Positions 9,985-18,680 of a stretch of 64,000 nt of DNA are shown in pieces. The stretch lies in assembly GCA_963666285.1 (NCBI GenBank), contig OY762711.1; one strand, written 5' to 3'. Below the pieces are notes generated by a model that saw only the letters and a program-made list of their open reading frames with translations, was not told the origin of the DNA and did no database searches. Position 1 is the stretch's first letter; the number at the start of each line of letters is the position of its first letter. Position numbers and translations under genes: made by a program. Source of the stretch: Sedimentisphaerales bacterium. Lineage in GTDB: Bacteria; Planctomycetota; Phycisphaerae; Sedimentisphaerales; SM23-30.

Positions 9985-10233
9985 ATGAGCGAAAAAAAAG
10001 AGAAATTGCAGGCAGAACTTACCCAATGGCAAAATCCGGCTACAGCTGATGACCTGATAGATGGGATAGTAAGCAAATTACAGTTACATGTTGATAATAT
10101 TAGTGTCTGGCCTACTGTACAGGCTAATTGTGCTTTGCAGATTGAGGCAATCAATAATGATAGACAGGCATATATTGACAGTAAAATATCATACCTGCAA
10201 GGGGTAATAGAAAGTATAGAAGATGATAGCTGA
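9985..10233 (+). CDS. Hypothetical protein
   Basis: ORF with AGGAG RBS. Confidence 0.65.
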   Translation: MSEKKEKLQAELTQWQNPATADDLIDGIVSKLQLHVDNISVWPTVQANCALQIEAINNDRQAYIDSKISYLQGVIESIEDDS

Positions 10234-10534
10234 AAGTGATATTCAGGCATTTATTGATAGTCTTGTTAAAAAGTATAATCCAATTAAGGTTTTACTATTT
10301 GGTTCTTATGCTAAAGGAGAGGCAACGGATTTGTCAGATGTGGACATACTGGTAGAAATAGAAACATACATACCAAGTATAGTATTAGCAAAACACATGT
10401 TAGATGATTTGCAACCTGCCTTTTCTGTTGACTTGAGAGTTTATCGGCCTGATGAGATTAAAGAGCGACTATTAGTTAGAGACGAATTTTTGATACAGGT
10501 ATTTTCTGAAGGATTAGTAAAGTATGGCATTTAA
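10223..10534 (+). CDS. Minimal nucleotidyltransferase (MNT, Pol-beta superfamily)
   Basis: LFGSYAKGEATDLSDVDILV...VDL. Confidence 0.93.
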   Translation: MIAESDIQAFIDSLVKKYNPIKVLLFGSYAKGEATDLSDVDILVEIETYIPSIVLAKHMLDDLQPAFSVDLRVYRPDEIKERLLVRDEFLIQVFSEGLVKYGI

Positions 10535-11417
10535 TACTAGAGATGGTTATATACAGATAGCTAATTTTGCAACACTTCAGGCTTATAGGGATTATTACGA
10601 TAGTCTTTCAAACCCTATATTAAGCGTGCAGGCTTATGGTGCAGAGTTGCAAGCAGATATCCTTTATAATGACCCATATAGCCGTAGTTATAGTGAGACA
10701 TACTGGTCAGGGTTTACATGCTATCAACATGATTTTTTCGGTAATGGCTATGTGATTGATAAATTTAAGGCTAATAGTTCGGAAAATGGTTTTATAAGAG
10801 AGCTTTCAGGAAGAGCGTTAATAAAGGAAATAGGCTTTACTGATGCTTACTGTACAGATTTGAGTTATGGAGCAGGTTGTCTAATTGGCAGGATAGCAGC
10901 TGATGATTACGGCGAAATAACAATAGCTCGCTGTTTTGTTGATGGTTACAGTGAAACACCTTACGGCTATGAAGTTGGTTGTTTAATCGGCTTTGCGGAG
11001 TTGTCTATTGTCCAGGACTGTTATAGCACAATGATTGCAGAGAATGGTAAACCAGGTGTTATAGGTTATAGTCAATTTACAGTAAGGCGTTGTGTATTAA
11101 ATGCACATGTTTACAGCAATTCTCAATTTGACCCATTTATGGAATATTACGAACCTGGGGCTGATGGATATACTTCTGATAATTATTATAACTCAGATTT
11201 AGTAACCTTAGATAGCAGCCAGGTCGCTACAGGATTAACAACAGAAGAATTTACTAATAAAGATAACTTCACTAACTTTGATTTTGTGAATACATGGTAT
11301 ATGGATGTACTTTCCGGTATGCCAAAATTAAGAGCATTCCAGAAGAACAAAGTTAAATCATTTCGTAACAGATTTAATTCAAAGATGATGAGAAAGGAAA
11401 AACGCTATTATGAATAG
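10524..11417 (+). CDS. GLUG-like beta-helix protein
   Basis: GCLIG repeats, C-terminal TGLTTEEF...NFTNFDFVNTW...G.PKLRAF. Confidence 0.6.
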   Translation: MAFNTRDGYIQIANFATLQAYRDYYDSLSNPILSVQAYGAELQADILYNDPYSRSYSETYWSGFTCYQHDFFGNGYVIDKFKANSSENGFIRELSGRALIKEIGFTDAYCTDLSYGAGCLIGRIAADDYGEITIARCFVDGYSETPYGYEVGCLIGFAELSIVQDCYSTMIAENGKPGVIGYSQFTVRRCVLNAHVYSNSQFDPFMEYYEPGADGYTSDNYYNSDLVTLDSSQVATGLTTEEFTNKDNFTNFDFVNTWYMDVLSGMPKLRAFQKNKVKSFRNRFNSKMMRKEKRYYE

Positions 11418-11928
11418 TCTAAATGGCGATGTGAAATCCAAATGGCAGACACTAAGGTCAATAAGTGCTATTGACAGCGTAAGGATAGCGGATACAGCCT
11501 TGTTATTAGATAAAAGGCCGGACGGTACATATTCACTTGATAGTAACCTGGAATCGGTAATTAAGCTTTGCGGCTATGCTACTGGTGTATCGGCAAATAG
11601 TACCTTTACTGTTAAGTTATGGGGATTCCGTAATGATTCTACCTTAGCCGAATATATAGCAACAGTATCATTAACGGTCGGTACTTCTGCTATTACTACA
11701 GACCCGGTTACAGGAGATAAGGTAACAGGCTTGTTAATAGATACATGTACTATAGCTAATGATAACTGGTCTTTACCAGATACACCACTGATTATAGAAG
11801 GTGCAGACTCGGCCCATAATAGGCTTGGTTGTGTTCACCTGGACTTAGTTGGCTTACATTATCTATATGCGGAAAGAACAGCAGGAGCCGGAAGCTTAGT
11901 ATTATTCTATAGCTATCTGAATGACTAA
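11410..11928 (+). CDS. Hypothetical beta-rich protein
   Basis: ORF coupled to both neighbours. Confidence 0.6.
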   Translation: MNSLNGDVKSKWQTLRSISAIDSVRIADTALLLDKRPDGTYSLDSNLESVIKLCGYATGVSANSTFTVKLWGFRNDSTLAEYIATVSLTVGTSAITTDPVTGDKVTGLLIDTCTIANDNWSLPDTPLIIEGADSAHNRLGCVHLDLVGLHYLYAERTAGAGSLVLFYSYLND

Positions 11929-12224
11929 TGCCAATAGCACCAGTACCACACAGCAGGAAGAGAAAGCCCAAGAAAGATACAAGACCGTCGGCAGCGAAGC
12001 GGGGATATGATAGAAGGTGGAGAAAAGCAAGGCTTCTATTCTTAAAGCAAAACCCCTTATGCGTATTCTGTAAGGCCAAAGGTATTACAACAGCGGCTAA
12101 TGTAGTTGACCATATAAAGCCGCATAAAGGCGATATGACGTTGTTCTGGGATAAAGACAATTGGCAAGCCTTGTGTACACAGTGCCATAACAGCACAAAG
12201 AAGCGGATAGAAAACCGGGGATAG
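11928..12224 (+). CDS. Packaging-associated HNH endonuclease (HK97 gp74-like)
   Basis: RGYD..W...PLCVFC...VVDHIKPHKGD..LFWD..NWQALC..CH directly upstream of terS. Confidence 0.95.
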   Translation: MPIAPVPHSRKRKPKKDTRPSAAKRGYDRRWRKARLLFLKQNPLCVFCKAKGITTAANVVDHIKPHKGDMTLFWDKDNWQALCTQCHNSTKKRIENRG

Positions 12225-12295
12225 GCGGTAAAAATCTCTACAGGGTAAAAGTAGCAAGACCAAACGCCCCCAGTTGATTATTTTTTCACGAGATA
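12217..12295 (+). other. Probable cos/packaging site, prophage 1
   Basis: GG..GGTAAAAATCTCTA...CAAGACC...GCCCCC between HNH and terS; same motif at 44685-44770. Confidence 0.6.
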
Positions 12296-12308
12296 GAGGA
12301 TTTTTATT

Positions 12309-12722
12309 ATGCCAGGCCCACCGAAAACACCAACGGCTATTTTAGAGAAGCGTAATAGCTGGCGTGCTAAAGTGCGTCATAACGAGCCTGAAACTATCGG
12401 CCTGCCAGAGCCGCCGGAATGGTTAGACGGTGATGCTCTGGCCCATTGGGATAGATGTGTACAGAGACTTGTAAACATGAATATAGCGGGTGAGGCTGAC
12501 GCTGATAAGCTGGCTATATATTGTGTTACTTATATCAAGTTTCGGGATGTTTGCCGTAATAACGATGACCCTAAGCAGCTTGATAAGATGGTAAAGGCTG
12601 CACAGTTGATAGACAGGCTTGGTTCACAGTTCGGGTTCAGCCCATCGGCAAGGGCTAATATGGCTATTGAAATGCCTAAAAAGGACGTAGAGAAAAAGAA
12701 ATTCTTTAGAGATCGTGAGTAA
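12309..12722 (+). CDS. Terminase small subunit (P27 family)
   Basis: MPGPPKTPT..., PPEWL, FGFSPSAR. Confidence 0.92.
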   Translation: MPGPPKTPTAILEKRNSWRAKVRHNEPETIGLPEPPEWLDGDALAHWDRCVQRLVNMNIAGEADADKLAIYCVTYIKFRDVCRNNDDPKQLDKMVKAAQLIDRLGSQFGFSPSARANMAIEMPKKDVEKKKFFRDRE

Positions 12723-14332
12723 TGGACTACCCCGATTATTTACAACTTATACCGGATTATGACCCGGTTGCAACAGCCGAGGACTGTACTTTTGACGCTG
12801 AAATTGCGCAGCTTGCTATTGATTTCTTTGCTGAAGAGTTGTGTTTAATCGAGGGTGTACCGGGTTATCCTGCCTTTATCCTTGAGGCATGGCAAAAGGC
12901 TATTATCGCTAATCTGTTCGGCTGGCTGCGTCCTGATGGCACTAGGCGTTATACCGAAGCGTTTTTAATGATACCACGTAAGAACGGTAAAACCCCGCTT
13001 ATGGCAGGTGTGATTAACCATATAGCCTATAATGAGGATGAGCCAGGCGGTCAGATATATTCCAGTGCCGGGGAAAAGAACCAGGCCGCTTTGATATTCC
13101 GTCATGTAGCGGGCATGATTCAGCGTAATCCAGAGCTTGACAAGCGGGCCAAGATATACAAGACCTATAAAAGTGCCGAATTTTACGGCGGTGACTGTAT
13201 CTATAATGCTCTTTCTGCTGACGCTAATACCAAGCATGGTCAGAACGCCCATTTGATTATCAATGATGAGCTGCATGTACATAAAACAAGGGATTTGATT
13301 GATACCCTGGAAACGTCCACCGCTTCACGAAAGCAGCCTTTAGTAATTCATATTACTACTGCCGGATATGACAAGGAAACAATCTGTTATGAAAAATATG
13401 ATTATGCCTGTAAGGTTCGTGACGGTGTTATAAATGACAGTTCATTCCTGCCTGTTATCTATGAAATCAAGCAGGCTGATTATGACCGCTGGGATGATCC
13501 GGCTGTATGGGAATATTGCAACCCGAATTTAGGTATATCGGTTAATCGTGACTATCTGGAAAAGCAGTGTCAGAAAGCAAAGGCAATCCCGGCAAAAGAA
13601 AACACCTTCAGGCGTTTACACCTGAACCAGTGGACAGAGCAGGAATGCCGCTGGTTAAGTGTTAAGGCGTGGCAGGATTGCAATGTCGAACTTAGAAATG
13701 ATAACGGTATTATCTGGATCGGCGGGCTTGACCTATCAACTACAACAGATTTAACGGCCTTTACTGCTTTGGGTTTTGATTCGCTTGGTAATCTGCACTG
13801 GCATAGCTGGCCTTTTATCCCGAAAGATAATGCAACCAAGCGGGAACATCAAGACGGCGTTCCTTATCTGACCTGGGCGCGGCAAGGTAAAATCACTCTT
13901 ACAGATGGTAATGTAGTTGATTATAACGTGATTCAGGATCATATATTGAAAATGCACCAGATATATAACTTTGCTGAAATAGCTTATGACCCATATAACG
14001 CTACTCAGATGATATTAAACTTACAGGATAAAGGCATAGAATGTACGCCTTATGGTCAGGGTATAAAGAATATATCCCCGCCTTGTAAAGCTTTAGAGGC
14101 TTTGTTACTGGCTGGCAAAATCGCCCATGATGACCATCCTGTATTAAACTGGTGCGTTTCTAATGTAACGGTCAAACAGGATGAAAACGAAAATATCAAG
14201 CCTGTCAAGCCTAAGAACTTTAAGCGTATCGATATTATTGTTGCCGGTCTAATGGCTTTAGGCCGGTTAATTACAGAGAACCACGAAACCCAAGAATCAA
14301 TTTATGAGGAAAGAGACCCTTTTACATTCTAA
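12722..14332 (+). CDS. Terminase large subunit
   Basis: PRKNGKT Walker A, DELH, GGLDLS, KRID. Confidence 0.97.
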   Translation: MDYPDYLQLIPDYDPVATAEDCTFDAEIAQLAIDFFAEELCLIEGVPGYPAFILEAWQKAIIANLFGWLRPDGTRRYTEAFLMIPRKNGKTPLMAGVINHIAYNEDEPGGQIYSSAGEKNQAALIFRHVAGMIQRNPELDKRAKIYKTYKSAEFYGGDCIYNALSADANTKHGQNAHLIINDELHVHKTRDLIDTLETSTASRKQPLVIHITTAGYDKETICYEKYDYACKVRDGVINDSSFLPVIYEIKQADYDRWDDPAVWEYCNPNLGISVNRDYLEKQCQKAKAIPAKENTFRRLHLNQWTEQECRWLSVKAWQDCNVELRNDNGIIWIGGLDLSTTTDLTAFTALGFDSLGNLHWHSWPFIPKDNATKREHQDGVPYLTWARQGKITLTDGNVVDYNVIQDHILKMHQIYNFAEIAYDPYNATQMILNLQDKGIECTPYGQGIKNISPPCKALEALLLAGKIAHDDHPVLNWCVSNVTVKQDENENIKPVKPKNFKRIDIIVAGLMALGRLITENHETQESIYEERDPFTF

Positions 14333-17300
14333 TGTTACCGGAAATTATAAAAAAGAATAAAGACGAGGTATTAGATGAGCTTGTTAGTGTTATTATGGTT
14401 GCACGTAATGAAAAGCTGCTTGGTAAAACCTTAAATAATATGCAGCAGATGTCAGAAGGCCCGATAGAGTTCATTGTTTTACTTGATGGCCCAAATGATG
14501 AGCCGATTGATATAGCAGGTGCAAAGACTACTATTATCACCCTGAAAGATAATATAGGCAGAAGGCCCGCAACTGACAAGGCTGTTTCTTATGCTAAGGG
14601 TAAGTATGTATTTCATATAGATTCACACTGTAAAACCGATGTTTTCGGTTGGGATACTATATATAAGCAGCTATGTATTGATAAGCGTACTATGGTAATT
14701 CCAGACCTTGACGCTTTGTTAGTAGATAAATACAAAAGCAAAGGCCGTCGAGCTGGTCATAAATATATTGATGTTCGCTATAAAGATCAATGGAGCGGCG
14801 TTAAGACCCAGGGCCGTAATGAATATACCATTACTGGTAACGGTATGGGCTGGTTTCTGGAAAAGCAGTTTTATGATGCTTTTAATGGCTGCTGTAAAAA
14901 ACAGCCTGCCCGGTGGGGTAATTTCGGGGTTGAATGGGCCTCTAAAGTCTGGCTTTCTGATCCATACGGCGAGGGTATCGGCGGTAAGGTTATATTGTGC
15001 GGTGAAGTGCCGTTTGCTCACATGTGGAAAACAGGCGGCACAGGCTATAATACACCGGGGGTATCTAAAGGCAGGCAGGATTTATTCAAGTGGTTTAATG
15101 GTACAGGTGAGAATCAGTGCCGGGAATTTAGCTTTTTTGAAACTGAGCTTAAACACTTACTGCCTAAAAGGGTTAAGCATGAACATAAACGGCCTTTAAC
15201 TGTCTCATTACCGCCTGTCGCTGTTGTCAATTGTGACAAGCCCGCTGTAACGGCGATAATGAATACAAACGGTCTTTACCCACATTTAGACGCTGAGGCC
15301 ATAGAAAGCTTTTTACGGCAGGATTACGAAAATAAGCAGCTTATTATAGTTGCAACAAATCCAACATACAAGCTTGATAAGAGCTATGAAAATATTACAG
15401 TAATCAACCATGAACCGTTTAACCGTTTCCCGCAGCAGATAGCCTATGCCTTAAAGCAGGTTAAAACGCCGCTATGGTGCATTATGGATTCAGATGATGT
15501 ATTTAGTTCTGACCATATAAGCAGACTTGTAAAGCTATATCACAGGGCTAAAAGTGACGGTCTGGAAAGTCCCGGCTATGTGGTAAATGATACAGCCTGG
15601 GAACAGGTAAAAAATAACTGGCCTAAACGCCGGGAGCGTGGCTGGTGGTGTTGCCTGTATGAAAAGGTTGATAGTACCTTTATTGATGAGGTATTCAATG
15701 ACTTTCTAGCTAGTAAACAGAAAGATACCGGCAGCGACTTACATTTCATTAAAAATCAGGAATGGAACTGGATTAAATACCATAATGAAAAAGCGACCGT
15801 ATTGCACCGGCTCGGCGTAGGCTTCCATATCAGGAATGAACATAGTAAGCCAGGCTATTACAGAAATTCAATAGAAAAGGTCAAAAATAACATATTAGAG
15901 CCAATTATACCCGGTTGGCAGAAAGATTATAATGATATGATAGATAACTTTAACAATCCCGCTATTACCTGCATTATGAATACATTTCAAAGGGATAGAG
16001 CAACACTTGAAATAGCTGTAAATTCCTTTTTGAATAATGACTATGAAAATAAAAAGCTTCTTATTGTCAACAGCAATCCTAAACCGCTATGGATTAATGG
16101 CTATCACCCATGTATTGAAGTTGTAAATATTGCACCTTCTGACCATATAACCGAGTTTAAGCAAGCCTTAAATTATGTTAAAACATCGCATGTATCAATC
16201 CTTGACGATGATGACCGGGTAAGTATTAACCACGTTGGACAGATAGCAGAAGCTCTAAAAGCCAATAAGTTCAAGAATATTATCAATCTGAACTTTGAGG
16301 AAATGGATTGCAGTAATATCAAGCCTGGAAATATGTCCGGGCCGGTAAAGCAGCTTAAAAAACTTATGTGGTGGAATGGTGTCTATCGTACTGATGATAT
16401 GCGTAAAGTTGATATCGGTACAGACCTGCAAGGCTTTGATAAACGTATTATGGCAGCTTTAGCACCGCTTGAACTTGACTTGCCTGTTACTTATACATGG
16501 TGTCGCAACCATGTAATACATGAAAGCAAGTCCGGCAGAAACGCCCATAAAAACAAACTGGATCGGATTGCAAGAGCCAGAGCCGAGGCAAGCCCGCAGC
16601 CTATTACATTGGATTATACATTAAGTGAATACCCCGAAGTTACTGTAGTTTGCTGCACGTATGGCGCACATAAACACCGTACCGAAGAAATGTTAGAATC
16701 ATTTTTACGGCAGAGCTATCCAAAGGCAAGGCTTTTATTGCTTAATACCCATAAAGACCCTATTGTATTTCAGCAGCGGTATAGCAATATAGATGTTGTG
16801 GAAATGCCGGGCCATAACTTCGATACCCTTGCCAAAAAGCATGAACACGCTATCAGTCTGGTTAAAACACCTTATTGGATGATTTGTGATGATGACGATA
16901 TTATGCTGAAAAATCACATATTAACCTTAATGCAGGTCAATTACTGGAATAAGCGAGGGTATCATAAACCATCAAATAAACGGCCTTTGCAATCTTCACA
17001 TGAACGCAAGATTGTAATGTGTAATAATGATTATGCCTTTATCAAGAATGGTTCGGGCTGGACTTGTGCAGCATTTGAGACAGTGAGCCGGGATAAGCTG
17101 GCAGCCAAGTTTAGCAAACCTGTAAAGGGTTTGCCTGATAACTGTTACGATGGCCGGGTTCGTTTAAGTTCATGGCATGAGCAGCGTATCAGTTACCCAT
17201 TTTTACCGGGCTATGTCTGGCGTGGCGGTGGTAATGGATTTCACTTATCTATGACCGGAAAAAACAAGCAGTTAGCCGATTATGCCTATGAAAATGCCGA

Positions 17301-17907
17301 GCAGCGGGCAAACCTTATTAATAATGGTACTTGGCATCCGCATTTTGAAAAAGACTATAATAGCGAATTTGCGGCGTTTCTGTACAAGGCAGAAGAAAAG
17401 CGGCTGCATGGCAAAAATGCTTTTTATGTTCATTTGGATGATAAAGGTGCTATGCGTACAAAGGAATTTAACTTTGTTGTTGATTTCCTGAAGCAGCATA
17501 ATATCAGCAAAATAGTAGAGTTTGGCTGTGGTGCTTCTACTCTTTCCTTTGCTTCACTTGGCTTTGATATTACCAGCTATGAAACAAGTCAGTATTGGCA
17601 TGATAAAATTAGGCTGCTATTAGACCGGGATTGTATCAAGTTATATGATGGTGCAGCCATTAATTTGCCTGTACATGACTTTATTATCATTGATGGCCCA
17701 GACCCACCGGAAACAAGGGAAGAATCATTTATCGCTGCTGTTAACTCAAAGAGTAAATACATTGCCTGTCATGATATATTCAGAAAGCAGGAGCAGGATT
17801 TAATCAGTAAATACCTGATTGGCACAGGTTACAGGGAAATAGCCAGGCTTGAACCAAGTAAAAAACATAAACTGCATGGAGTAGCTATATATGGTCTTGG
17901 CAATTGA
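14332..17907 (+). CDS. Multidomain glycosyltransferase (GT27-like + 3x GT2-like) with C-terminal class I methyltransferase
   Basis: FHIDSHC, DSDD, DDDD, DDDD motifs in four repeated GT-A starts; VEFGCGAST...IDGP methyltransferase. Confidence 0.88.
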   Translation: MLPEIIKKNKDEVLDELVSVIMVARNEKLLGKTLNNMQQMSEGPIEFIVLLDGPNDEPIDIAGAKTTIITLKDNIGRRPATDKAVSYAKGKYVFHIDSHCKTDVFGWDTIYKQLCIDKRTMVIPDLDALLVDKYKSKGRRAGHKYIDVRYKDQWSGVKTQGRNEYTITGNGMGWFLEKQFYDAFNGCCKKQPARWGNFGVEWASKVWLSDPYGEGIGGKVILCGEVPFAHMWKTGGTGYNTPGVSKGRQDLFKWFNGTGENQCREFSFFETELKHLLPKRVKHEHKRPLTVSLPPVAVVNCDKPAVTAIMNTNGLYPHLDAEAIESFLRQDYENKQLIIVATNPTYKLDKSYENITVINHEPFNRFPQQIAYALKQVKTPLWCIMDSDDVFSSDHISRLVKLYHRAKSDGLESPGYVVNDTAWEQVKNNWPKRRERGWWCCLYEKVDSTFIDEVFNDFLASKQKDTGSDLHFIKNQEWNWIKYHNEKATVLHRLGVGFHIRNEHSKPGYYRNSIEKVKNNILEPIIPGWQKDYNDMIDNFNNPAITCIMNTFQRDRATLEIAVNSFLNNDYENKKLLIVNSNPKPLWINGYHPCIEVVNIAPSDHITEFKQALNYVKTSHVSILDDDDRVSINHVGQIAEALKANKFKNIINLNFEEMDCSNIKPGNMSGPVKQLKKLMWWNGVYRTDDMRKVDIGTDLQGFDKRIMAALAPLELDLPVTYTWCRNHVIHESKSGRNAHKNKLDRIARARAEASPQPITLDYTLSEYPEVTVVCCTYGAHKHRTEEMLESFLRQSYPKARLLLLNTHKDPIVFQQRYSNIDVVEMPGHNFDTLAKKHEHAISLVKTPYWMICDDDDIMLKNHILTLMQVNYWNKRGYHKPSNKRPLQSSHERKIVMCNNDYAFIKNGSGWTCAAFETVSRDKLAAKFSKPVKGLPDNCYDGRVRLSSWHEQRISYPFLPGYVWRGGGNGFHLSMTGKNKQLADYAYENAEQRANLINNGTWHPHFEKDYNSEFAAFLYKAEEKRLHGKNAFYVHLDDKGAMRTKEFNFVVDFLKQHNISKIVEFGCGASTLSFASLGFDITSYETSQYWHDKIRLLLDRDCIKLYDGAAINLPVHDFIIIDGPDPPETREESFIAAVNSKSKYIACHDIFRKQEQDLISKYLIGTGYREIARLEPSKKHKLHGVAIYGLGN

Positions 17908-17993
17908 TATTTGTCTATTGGGCGTGATATATAGGGTTTCAATATTGTTATTTTATCAAGCGATTAAATGTTTAAATACACGAGGTGTATATG
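17901..17993 (+). promoter_or_regulatory. Conserved late leader/promoter motif, copy A
   Basis: CAATTG-N13-GGGCGT-N14-CAATAT-N11-CAAGCG...TACAC-GAG-GTGTA-T-ATG; matches 22650-22738. Confidence 0.6.
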
Positions 17994-18680
17994 GAAGAGA
18001 ATAATAAAGCTGTTGTGATCCGCTGGTATGGGCCTGGAACACCTAGAATTATAGACCCTAGCTGTATTACTAAAGGTTGGGACTATATATTTCTGACAGA
18101 TGATTTATCACATAATAGTTCTGATATATGGGAATCGCTTTTAATGCGTTTCCCAGGCTATAGCGGTGAACATGAATCGAAGATCATCAAGGCTATGTTT
18201 CCAATAATATATCCTAAATATGATTGGTGTGTAATTATCGATACTGAAAAGTATATCATTGATTCAGACCTGGACGCTCTTATCTACCAGTTACAGCCTG
18301 AAACAGAATTTGCAGCGTTAAGGCATAGAGTAACAAATTGTACCTATCACGAAATAGCACGCAACCGCAAGTATAAAAGGGATAGTAACGAGGCTTTAGA
18401 TGCCATAACTACAACAAACCTTACAACAAACCTACCTGTTAAATCTGGTTTATATGACACTTCTATAGTAATTTATAAATGTACAGAAAAGATGTGTGAA
18501 GCTCTTAAAACATGGGCTGAAATGATAAAGGTTTGTAAGCGTGACCAGTGCAGTATAGTAACTGCCATGCGTGAACATAAAGTTAATACCGAATATTTAC
18601 AGCTTGCTAATTACAAGCACTATAAGAAGCTAAGGCCAACAAGTAACGTATATGCTGAAAAGTCTATTGAACATATTTAA
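17991..18680 (+). CDS. DUF616 (TOD1/MUCI70-like) glycosyltransferase-like protein
   Basis: GWDYIFLTD, PKYDW..IID, H...CTY.E, GLYD.S, RDQCS. Confidence 0.8.
   Translation: MEENNKAVVIRWYGPGTPRIIDPSCITKGWDYIFLTDDLSHNSSDIWESLLMRFPGYSGEHESKIIKAMFPIIYPKYDWCVIIDTEKYIIDSDLDALIYQLQPETEFAALRHRVTNCTYHEIARNRKYKRDSNEALDAITTTNLTTNLPVKSGLYDTSIVIYKCTEKMCEALKTWAEMIKVCKRDQCSIVTAMREHKVNTEYLQLANYKHYKKLRPTSNVYAEKSIEHI

Noticed and set aside
14332..18680. GT cassette as gtrABC-type serotype conversion
   Set aside because: No flippase, bactoprenol GT or multi-TM protein; genes are coupled to the late packaging operon (not excluded experimentally)
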